A stretch of 64,000 nucleotides of DNA, from positions 5,670 to 69,669 of the forward strand of contig CAYFHQ010000004.1 of assembly GCA_964342805.1 (NCBI GenBank), read 5' to 3'. This stretch comes from an uncultured Peptostreptococcaceae bacterium. GTDB lineage: Bacteria > Bacillota > Clostridia > Peptostreptococcales > Acidaminobacteraceae. Positions 39,973 through 46,984 of the stretch are shown piece after piece. The notes under the pieces are model-generated. The model did no database searches. It saw only the letters and a list, made by a program, of their open reading frames with translations, and was not told the origin of the DNA. The position numbers and the translations under genes are program-made. Position 1 is the stretch's first letter; the number at the start of each line of letters is the position of its first letter.

Positions 39973-40821
39973 GTGACCATGAAAGAAATTATCCAATTAC
40001 TCATGATCGTGTCAACAGCCTACCTGGCCAATCTGGTGATCAAGGCGACTGTAGACCGGTGGGGGCTACCCCTAAGGGGCGTACGTTATGGAGCAAAAAT
40101 GGCCCGACAAAGCCACTGGGATCCCCTAAAAGACGTGCAAGGGGAATGGCTTGAGTCCATCAGGCACAAAATGCGCCAAGCGGGCTATGAAGCGCCGTGG
40201 ATGCCCTTTTTATATCTCATGCTCATGACCCTGGTCCCCCTTGTACTTTCTGGTCTAGCCCTGGCTACCAGATGGCCTGACCCAAGGGGAGCCATGATCC
40301 TGCTCCTCATGATACCCACCTTGACCACAGTTCACTTCAAAGAGTCTGAACGGAAAATCAGTAAGCAGTTTGAAAAGGATATCTACAAGGTCTTTAAGTA
40401 TCTCCACCACCAAACGGAAGCGGGTATACTGCCCACAGATAGCCTTCGGGGTATTTATCAGGTTGTTGAGGAGCCCATACTCAAAAAAAGGTTGATCAAG
40501 TTGTCGGCAACGTATGGCCAGACCCTTGACCTTGAGACCGCTTTAAACCAGTTTAAAGAGGGATATGGGACCCGGTCAGCTGAAAGTCTCTGCATTGCCA
40601 TTCGTCAAGGTATTCAGACTGGAGAAAATGTAACCTTGCTCCGCCATCAGGAGCGGGTCATGTTTCAAAAGTACTTTCATTATATTCAAGAGGAAACCAA
40701 TCGAATGCGGTCTTTGACCTTTGCCATCGTAGCCATTGATTGTACCATTGTGGTCCTCATGATTGGCATCCCCTTGTGGATGGAAACGGCCAGGGCACTC
40801 ACAAGATTATTTCAACAATAG
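39973..40821 (+). CDS. type II secretion system F-family platform protein (TadC-like)
   Basis: 282 aa (GTG 39973, or ATG 39979). Same TM-helical-TM layout (..DIYKVFKYLHHQTEAGILPTDSLRGIY..). Starts 1 nt after the upstream stop. Confidence 0.7.
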   Translation: MTMKEIIQLLMIVSTAYLANLVIKATVDRWGLPLRGVRYGAKMARQSHWDPLKDVQGEWLESIRHKMRQAGYEAPWMPFLYLMLMTLVPLVLSGLALATRWPDPRGAMILLLMIPTLTTVHFKESERKISKQFEKDIYKVFKYLHHQTEAGILPTDSLRGIYQVVEEPILKKRLIKLSATYGQTLDLETALNQFKEGYGTRSAESLCIAIRQGIQTGENVTLLRHQERVMFQKYFHYIQEETNRMRSLTFAIVAIDCTIVVLMIGIPLWMETARALTRLFQQ

Positions 40822-40838
40822 TTGCAAAGGAGGAAATC

Positions 40839-41048
40839 ATGCTGTTATATATTCAAATGAAACTAAGGGAAGTCTGGAATAACTATAAAGGGGAATTTGG
40901 TATTGGAGCAGTCTTAAGCATTGCCATCGCCTTGATCGTGTCGGCCTTCATCTTGATTCCGGGCGTTCAGACTTTCGCTCGATCAGTCGTGGCCAGTTTA
41001 CAAGGCTGGTGGTCGACCTTCTCAACCAAGATTTTTACTACCAGTTAA
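40839..41048 (+). CDS. small hydrophobic pilin-like protein (candidate major subunit of the Tad-like system)
   Basis: ATG 40839, 5 nt after AAGGAGG (inside ORF 40740..41048). 69 aa: MLLYIQMKLREVWNNYKGEFGIGAVLSIAIALIVSAFILIPG.. A charged leader, Gly, then a 22-aa hydrophobic helix. Sits where flp sits in Tad loci. Confidence 0.45.
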   Translation: MLLYIQMKLREVWNNYKGEFGIGAVLSIAIALIVSAFILIPGVQTFARSVVASLQGWWSTFSTKIFTTS

Positions 41049-41069
41049 GGCCACGAAGAGGAGGGGACG

Positions 41070-41681
41070 ATGATCAGTAAAAAGATGCGGTTTGTAGCAA
41101 GTCTTGTGGTGACCCTACTCTTGTTGGGTATTCAAGTGTGGCTTGTTAATCAAGCCAACACCCCTGTCGCCCATACGACCCTTTATTATCTAAAAGAAGA
41201 TGTACGGGTGGGAATGCCACTTGGCCAAGAACATGTAGGGTCCATGGAGGTCGTGGCCAAAAACTTGGACGACAGTTGGCTAAGGCAAGAGTCAGATATT
41301 ATAGGCCATTATGTCAAAAGTAGTTTGAGACCGGGTCAAATCATCAGTAAAGAGGATCGTGCATCAACAGTGGTCCAGGCTTTGGGGGCAGCAGTACCTG
41401 CAGATCGTAGACGAATTACTTTGGAACTTCGTCCCCACCAAGCCAATGGTTGGCTCCTGGAAGAGGGAGACACTATCGAAGTGGCCCTTCTGACAGAAGA
41501 TCAGCCCGGTCAGACTTTTCAAGGCCAAGTACTGGCTATTTTAAATGAACAGCTGGTCGTCTTATCAGGTGCCCCTTGGTCCAGCCAGCCGAGATATCTA
41601 CAGGTTACTGTAGAAAAAGAAGACGCTCTAACCATTTTGGAGAAACTCAGGTTTAGTGAGGTGCAAATCCTCCTTCCATAG
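41070..41681 (+). CDS. CpaB/RcpC-like Flp pilus assembly protein (TM anchor plus SAF domain)
   Basis: 203 aa. N-terminal TM (FVASLVVTLLLLGIQVWL), SAF-like ..LKEDVRVGMPLGQEHV.. and ..SSLRPGQIISKEDR.., C-terminal ..RRITLEL..LLEEGDTIEV.. pattern. Confidence 0.6.
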   Translation: MISKKMRFVASLVVTLLLLGIQVWLVNQANTPVAHTTLYYLKEDVRVGMPLGQEHVGSMEVVAKNLDDSWLRQESDIIGHYVKSSLRPGQIISKEDRASTVVQALGAAVPADRRRITLELRPHQANGWLLEEGDTIEVALLTEDQPGQTFQGQVLAILNEQLVVLSGAPWSSQPRYLQVTVEKEDALTILEKLRFSEVQILLP

Positions 41682-41690
41682 ACGGGTTTG

Positions 41691-41717
41691 TTGATTCCCT
41701 AGTACTAGTGGTATAAT
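41691..41717 (+). promoter_or_regulatory. candidate promoter with extended -10 for the hybrid sensor gene
   Basis: TTGATT (41691-41696), 15 nt spacer containing TGg, TATAAT (41712-41717). Confidence 0.4.
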
Positions 41718-41768
41718 TGCTTTGAATGTAGTGAAAATTCTATCAACTGACTAGGGGGCAATTTGTTC

Positions 41769-43376
41769 ATGACTACGCTGAGTATGGAACAGCTCAAGGA
41801 AGAACTCACCAAGGCGAATCAACGAATTGAACAGTTGGAAATTCAACTCAAAGACAATGAACAAGAAAAAATCAAAGAAATTTTAGACCTCATACCGGAT
41901 ATGATCTTAATCGTCGACACTGATATGAAAGTGAGATGGGCCAATCGTTCTGCATTGGAAAAGAGAAAGGATGCTCTAGGCCAACATTGTTACAAGGCCT
42001 ATAGGGGGCTCAATAGTCCCTGTACGGACTGTCCTTGTGCCATTGCCCTTCAAACGGGTGAAAAGGTCTCCGGTGTCATCGCCTTACAGGACCCGGACAG
42101 CGACACCGTGACCCACTGGGAGAACTTTGGTATCCCCTTGGTTGACCACAGGGGTGAGGTGACGGGTATCCTGGAAATCAGCCGAGACGTGACGGCCTTG
42201 GTGGAGTACAACCAAAAAATCCATGAATATACGGAAGCCTTAGAGCTGACGCGTAAGGAATTGGAGTCTTCCAATAGTGTGAAGACGGAGTTTTTAGGTA
42301 ATCTTGCTCAAGATCTAGCTGTTCCTGTCAACAGTGTGGTTGGCATGGTTCAAATGCTAGAAGGCTCTTCGTTAGATAACAGGCAACAAGAGTACTTGGA
42401 TGTATTGGGTCAATCAACAGACAAAATAAAGTCCATTACCCAAAACATTGAGGACATGTCCCGTCTTGAAACGGGGAAGATTTCATTGAAACATGAACCC
42501 TTTCACTTAAATCAGATTTTTGAGGAACTGTCTGCTATTTATGGAAAGAAGGCAAAAGCCAAGGACATCATATTTGAGTCCACATCCGCTGTTGACCAAC
42601 AAGTCTACATGGGTGATGGTCGACGGCTCCGCCAAGCCTTACTCAACTTGCTCAACCATGCAATGAAGCAAAATGAAAATGGTCGTGTGAAGTTTTCCAT
42701 GAAGCGAATAGAAAATGGATATGACTATGGGGTGATTTCCTTCACGATTGAGGATGGGAGTCAACAACGATCGTCTATGCCCGTTCACTTTGACCATGGA
42801 TTGGTATTGGAAAACCAACTGGAAAAGCACTACGCTACGGCTGAAATCGGGATTGCCATTACTTATCAGATCATTGACCTGATGAATGGGGATATCATTG
42901 TCCAGCAAGATAATACGGCCGGTTCAACCATTAGTGTGCAGTTGCGTTTTGACAAACAAATGACCAAGGCTGTGGAAACGACCACTGATCCTCAACCTGC
43001 AAAACGTACGAGTAAGCTTCGTATTCTTATTGCTGAAGACGAGATTGTAGGACGAGTCACCTACAAATTAATGCTGAGGGACCGTTATGATATTGTCTTT
43101 GCTAAGAATGGGGAGGAAGCCGTTCAGTTGTACTTTGATGTGGAACCTGATCTTGTATTGCTGGATGTAATGATGCCTATCCTCAATGGTTTTGAAGCCT
43201 TTGATGCCATTGACTCCAAAGCCATTAGTCGCGTCCCCATTATAGCCGTGTCGTCTAGGGTAATAAGTACAGAAAAAGAGTACTTGACCAGCTATGGTTT
43301 TGATGATTATTTGGCCAAGCCATTTGAAAATAAGGACTTGGAGCGGATTATCCATACCCATGGGAAGAAGCGATAA
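41769..43376 (+). CDS. hybrid PAS / HisKA-like / HATPase-like / receiver protein with degenerate kinase motifs (pseudo-histidine kinase)
   Basis: ATG 41769 (the ORF track starts at TTG 41763). PAS with HCY..C..C.C. The H-box reads EFLGNLAQDLAVPVN (Gln where the phospho-His is expected). N-box LLNLLNHAMK. G1/G2 are not recognisable (IEDGSQQ; TAEIGIAIT). The receiver looks intact (ILIAEDE.., LVLLDVMMP, YLAKPF). Confidence 0.8.
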   Translation: MTTLSMEQLKEELTKANQRIEQLEIQLKDNEQEKIKEILDLIPDMILIVDTDMKVRWANRSALEKRKDALGQHCYKAYRGLNSPCTDCPCAIALQTGEKVSGVIALQDPDSDTVTHWENFGIPLVDHRGEVTGILEISRDVTALVEYNQKIHEYTEALELTRKELESSNSVKTEFLGNLAQDLAVPVNSVVGMVQMLEGSSLDNRQQEYLDVLGQSTDKIKSITQNIEDMSRLETGKISLKHEPFHLNQIFEELSAIYGKKAKAKDIIFESTSAVDQQVYMGDGRRLRQALLNLLNHAMKQNENGRVKFSMKRIENGYDYGVISFTIEDGSQQRSSMPVHFDHGLVLENQLEKHYATAEIGIAITYQIIDLMNGDIIVQQDNTAGSTISVQLRFDKQMTKAVETTTDPQPAKRTSKLRILIAEDEIVGRVTYKLMLRDRYDIVFAKNGEEAVQLYFDVEPDLVLLDVMMPILNGFEAFDAIDSKAISRVPIIAVSSRVISTEKEYLTSYGFDDYLAKPFENKDLERIIHTHGKKR

Positions 43377-43401
43377 GTAAAACAGACAAATACGATACAA
43401 A

Positions 43402-43442
43402 CGCTTGGGAAGTCATCTTGCTTCCCAGGCGTTGTTTTTTTG
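43402..43442 (+). terminator. rho-independent terminator after the hybrid sensor gene
   Basis: 11-bp stem CGCTTGGGAAG / CTTCCCAGGCG (one G-U pair), 8-nt loop, tail TTGTTTTTTTT. Confidence 0.8.
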
Positions 43443-43453
43443 TGGAAAAACAT

Positions 43454-43482
43454 TTGACAAAGCCCTATCAAATAGGTAAGAT
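43454..43482 (+). promoter_or_regulatory. sigma-A-type promoter of the DUF2325-like gene
   Basis: TTGACA (43454-43459), 17 nt spacer, TAAGAT (43477-43482). Confidence 0.5.
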
Positions 43483-43487
43483 ATAAA

Positions 43488-43502
43488 TGATAATGATTAT
43501 CA
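43488..43502. promoter_or_regulatory. Fur box (perfect 7-1-7 motif)
   Basis: TGATAATGATTATCA equals the B. subtilis Fur 7-1-7 consensus TGATAATnATTATCA. It starts 6 nt after the -10 hexamer and ends 1 nt before the AGGAGG RBS. Confidence 0.75.
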
Positions 43503-43516
43503 ATAGGAGGTTGAAA

Positions 43517-43834
43517 ATGAATGCGTTATTGATCGGAGCAGATCGCTTGGGGAATATTCCATCTTTACTCACTTCCCATGGGATTGCAGACTATACCCAT
43601 TGGGATGGTCGAAAAAAGGGCATGCGTAAAATGAAAATTCCGACAGATACAGATCTTGTGATCATTTTTACGGATTTCATAGAGCACCGCCTGACAGAAC
43701 GAATAAAAAGCGAATCCAAACAAATGAATATTCCCTGTATATTCTCCAGGAGAGCGGTATCAGATTTATCGGTTCAACTGGACTTTTGTAAAAAGTGTGG
43801 TCTTTGCGATTTTGGAGACCCCCAATTGGGATGA
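43517..43834 (+). CDS. DUF2325-like small protein with C-terminal Cys cluster
   Basis: ATG 43517 after AGGAGG. 105 aa: MNALLIGADRLGNIPSLLTSHGI..HWDGRKKG..DLVIIFTDFIEH.. fits my recollection of DUF2325. C-terminal CKKCGLCD. Confidence 0.55.
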   Translation: MNALLIGADRLGNIPSLLTSHGIADYTHWDGRKKGMRKMKIPTDTDLVIIFTDFIEHRLTERIKSESKQMNIPCIFSRRAVSDLSVQLDFCKKCGLCDFGDPQLG

Positions 43835-43849
43835 AAAGCAAATCACCTG

Positions 43850-43881
43850 AAGGTCTTCTGATAAAACGGAGGACCTTTTTT
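43850..43881 (+). terminator. rho-independent terminator after the DUF2325-like gene
   Basis: 11-bp stem AAGGTCTTCTG / CGGAGGACCTT (two G-U pairs), loop ATAAAA, T-run. Confidence 0.65.
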
Positions 43882-43947
43882 ATATTCTAGGAGTTGGTGG
43901 GGTCATCATGATACAATAGGGGCAACAAAGTAGAATTGGAGAAAAAC

Positions 43948-45132
43948 ATGAAATACAATATGATTGCTACTGCCGCTTTTGGTATTGAAGCTGTGGTTGG
44001 ACAAGAAATAAAAGAGTTGGGATTCGAAAACGTTCAAGTGGAAAATGGTCGGGTTCGATTTACAACAGATGAAGCGGGGATTTGTAAGGCAAATCTTTGG
44101 ATCCGGTGCGCAGAACGGGTATTTGTTGAAGTGGCTTCGTTCAAGGCGAGAACCTTTGAACAGCTATTCGACAAGACCTATGCCGTAGATTGGGCCAAGT
44201 ATATTCCAGCTGACGGTGAGTTTCCGGTGAATGCAAAGTCCGTCAAGTCGCAGTTGTTCAGTCTATCAGATATCCAGCGGATCTGTAAAAAAGCCTCATC
44301 CAAAAAACTAGGCCAAGCCTATAAGATGGACTGGCTGCCGGAGAACGGTGCCAAGTACCCCATCTTGGTGGGTATCCTAAAGGATGAAGTGACCATAAGC
44401 ATTGACACCAGTGGAACAGGACTCCACAAGCGGGGCTACAGAGCCATGGGCAACGAAGCACCCTTAAAAGAAACCCTAGCTGCGGCCCTCCTTCGGATAA
44501 GCCGGTGGAAACCCTTTATCCCACTGATCGACCCCATGTGTGGTACAGGCACCATAGCCATTGAAGCTGCAATGATGGGTCGAAACATCGCTCCAGGACT
44601 AAACAGAAACTTTGTGAGCGAGGATTGGGACTGGATCCCCGATGACTTATGGAAAGAAGCTAAAAAAGAAGCTTACGCGGCCATTGATTTTGATGTGGAA
44701 ATGGATATTCAGGCCTACGATATTAATGGCAGGACCATCAAAATTGCCCGAGACAATGCTGAAAAAGCAGGTGTTGAAGAGGACATCCACTTCCAACAGC
44801 GTGACGCCAAAGACCTGAACTCAAAGAAAAAGTATGGATATATCATATCTAACCCACCTTATGGTGAACGGCTCAGCGATAAAAAATCTGCAGAGGCCCT
44901 GTATAAAATGATGGGCAAAGTGTATGAAGATCTGGACACTTGGAGTAAGTATATCCTCACCTCCCATGAAGAGTTTGAGCCGTGTTATGGAAAGAAGTCC
45001 ACAAAAAACCGCAAGTTATACAATGGCAGGATCAAGTGCTACTTCTATCAATACTTTGGGCCTAAACCACCACGGCGGCCAAGACCGACCCCTGAGGGAG
45101 AACAACGTCAAAATGGAAAAACCACAGATTAG
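43948..45132 (+). CDS. THUMP-domain class I SAM-dependent RNA methyltransferase (YpsC/RlmL-N-like)
   Basis: ATG 43948. FGIEAVVGQEIKELGF.. (THUMP), SAM motif DPMCGTGTIAIEAA, catalytic NPPYGERL. Confidence 0.85.
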   Translation: MKYNMIATAAFGIEAVVGQEIKELGFENVQVENGRVRFTTDEAGICKANLWIRCAERVFVEVASFKARTFEQLFDKTYAVDWAKYIPADGEFPVNAKSVKSQLFSLSDIQRICKKASSKKLGQAYKMDWLPENGAKYPILVGILKDEVTISIDTSGTGLHKRGYRAMGNEAPLKETLAAALLRISRWKPFIPLIDPMCGTGTIAIEAAMMGRNIAPGLNRNFVSEDWDWIPDDLWKEAKKEAYAAIDFDVEMDIQAYDINGRTIKIARDNAEKAGVEEDIHFQQRDAKDLNSKKKYGYIISNPPYGERLSDKKSAEALYKMMGKVYEDLDTWSKYILTSHEEFEPCYGKKSTKNRKLYNGRIKCYFYQYFGPKPPRRPRPTPEGEQRQNGKTTD

Positions 45133-46201
45133 CAAGTTCTATTCCGACATTTTAACGGGCATGAAGGACTATGTTCGCGTAATCGACCCCAATGGCAAGG
45201 TGCTCTATCAAAACAAACCCATGACTGAACGGATGGGTGATTTTGTGGGGCGTCACTGCTACGAGTTGTTAAAGCAAGATCGCAGATGCGAAAAATGTGT
45301 TTGCCAAAGCCGTTTGTCCGGTGACCTAAGTGCCACTAGGAATGTGCAAATCGATGAGCGAACATACTCAGTCGTCAGTGCACCTGTACAGGATCAAAAA
45401 GGGTCGGCCGTTGAGGTCTTCCACGATGTGACAGAGCTAACCGATATCCGTGACCAGCTACAGCGGCAAAACCGCCAACATGAACGGGATTTGGAGTTTG
45501 CAAAAGCCCTACAACACAAATTGTTGCCAGCCAATCGCCTGTATAACGACCGGGTTCGTTGTAGGTCCGTTTATGCGTCTGCTGACCTCTTAGGTGGAGA
45601 TATTTATGACATTTTTGAGCTAGAAGAAGGGCGGGTTGGTTTTTACATCGCCGACGTCTCTGGCCATGGGGTAACCAGCTCTATGATCACCATGTTCATT
45701 AACCGGACCCTGAGGAACATGGGTGAAGAAGCCCAGTTTCCCTGTAAGGCCTTGGCCTATCTCCATGAAGAATATGAACAGCTAAATATGTTTGACCAAA
45801 AATACATTACCATCCTGTATGGTGTCTATGATCCAAGCGACCAAGTCCTGCGCCTGGCAAATGGAGGCCACAATTGTCCGCCGGTTTTGCAAGGCCCTGA
45901 GGGGCTCAATGAAGTGTCCGTTTCTGGTCTGCCCATTAGTGAACTGTATGGCTTGGTACCTTGCCAAGTGGTAGAGGTAGGAGTGAAGCCCGGGGACCGT
46001 TTGTTCTTGTACACCGATGGAATAATCGAAGCGAAGAATCACAGTGGTGTTCAATATGGTGAACGATTTATAAAGCTGCTGGACAAAAGCAAAGACAAGT
46101 CATCTGAAGAGGTGAATGCGTCCATAATGTCTGCTGTAAACCGGTTTACTGGAAATGTAATCAGCGATGATATGGCAATAGTTGCCCTAGATTTTTTATA
46201 A
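45113..46201 (+). CDS. PAS-domain PP2C-type serine phosphatase (SpoIIE/RsbU/RsbP family)
   Basis: ATG 45113 inside ORF 44924..46201 (overlaps the methyltransferase end by 20 nt). PAS with HCY..C..C.C. PPM motifs LLGGDIYDIF, ADVSGHGVTSSM, LYTDGIIEA, SDDMAIVAL. Confidence 0.85.
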   Translation: MEKPQISKFYSDILTGMKDYVRVIDPNGKVLYQNKPMTERMGDFVGRHCYELLKQDRRCEKCVCQSRLSGDLSATRNVQIDERTYSVVSAPVQDQKGSAVEVFHDVTELTDIRDQLQRQNRQHERDLEFAKALQHKLLPANRLYNDRVRCRSVYASADLLGGDIYDIFELEEGRVGFYIADVSGHGVTSSMITMFINRTLRNMGEEAQFPCKALAYLHEEYEQLNMFDQKYITILYGVYDPSDQVLRLANGGHNCPPVLQGPEGLNEVSVSGLPISELYGLVPCQVVEVGVKPGDRLFLYTDGIIEAKNHSGVQYGERFIKLLDKSKDKSSEEVNASIMSAVNRFTGNVISDDMAIVALDFL

Positions 46202-46209
46202 GACGATAG

Positions 46210-46255
46210 CGCCTGTCATTGTATGATCACATGTCTACAAGGACGGGCGTTTTTT
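46210..46255 (+). terminator. possible terminator after the phosphatase gene
   Basis: Stem CGCCTGTC / GACGGGCG (one G-U pair) with a long 24-nt loop, then T6. Confidence 0.45.
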
Positions 46256-46264
46256 GGAGGGAAT

Positions 46265-46984
46265 ATGAACGCATCCCAGAGTCTAATGAAATATATTGCC
46301 TATGAAGGCAGACCCTTGGTGGTTGCCCTGGTAGGTGCCGGTGGAAAGACTACCACTATGTACCAGCTGGCCCACCTATGTAAGGAAAGAAACCTCCGGG
46401 TCCTGATTACCACCACAACTAAAATTCGACCGCCTAGCCAGGGGCAGGTGGACCGGGTTCACTTGACTTCTCAAGCCTTTGCACCTATCGCAAAAGGAGA
46501 AATCCTAGGCGTCACCCATGGCTTAGAGACAGATGGTAAGTGGTCTGGCGTGTCTCCCAGTGTCATTGACAAATGGAAAAAAGACTACCACTTTGATGTC
46601 TTGATTTGTGAGGCAGACGGGGCCAAGGAAAAGTCGCTAAAAGCCCCTCGACAAGGAGAACCCCTTGTCCCAGACTTAACCGACCTAGTCATGGGTTTTA
46701 TGGGTTTGAGTGTTGTGGGTATGGCTGCCGGAGAAGCGGTCATTCATCGGTTTTCACTCTTCCAGCAGCTGACACCTATCCAGGAGAATGACGCCATTGA
46801 ATTGGACCACTTGGCGGCCGTAGCCCTCCACCCCAATGGCTTGTTCAGGGGTGTTGGAAGGTCCAGTAAGAAACTGGTTTGCCTGACCAAACAAGGACGA
46901 CCAGACGGGGATCAGTTGGCCCAGGCCTTCATGAAAGCCTTAGATATAGGAGAACCCATGATGGTAGAGGTGTTAGGTAGATGA
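46265..46984 (+). CDS. yqeC: selenium-dependent hydroxylase accessory protein YqeC family
   Basis: ATG 46265. P-loop ALVGAGGKTTTM and CEADGAKEKSLKAP..EP..P pattern typical of YqeC. Confidence 0.75.
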   Translation: MNASQSLMKYIAYEGRPLVVALVGAGGKTTTMYQLAHLCKERNLRVLITTTTKIRPPSQGQVDRVHLTSQAFAPIAKGEILGVTHGLETDGKWSGVSPSVIDKWKKDYHFDVLICEADGAKEKSLKAPRQGEPLVPDLTDLVMGFMGLSVVGMAAGEAVIHRFSLFQQLTPIQENDAIELDHLAAVALHPNGLFRGVGRSSKKLVCLTKQGRPDGDQLAQAFMKALDIGEPMMVEVLGR

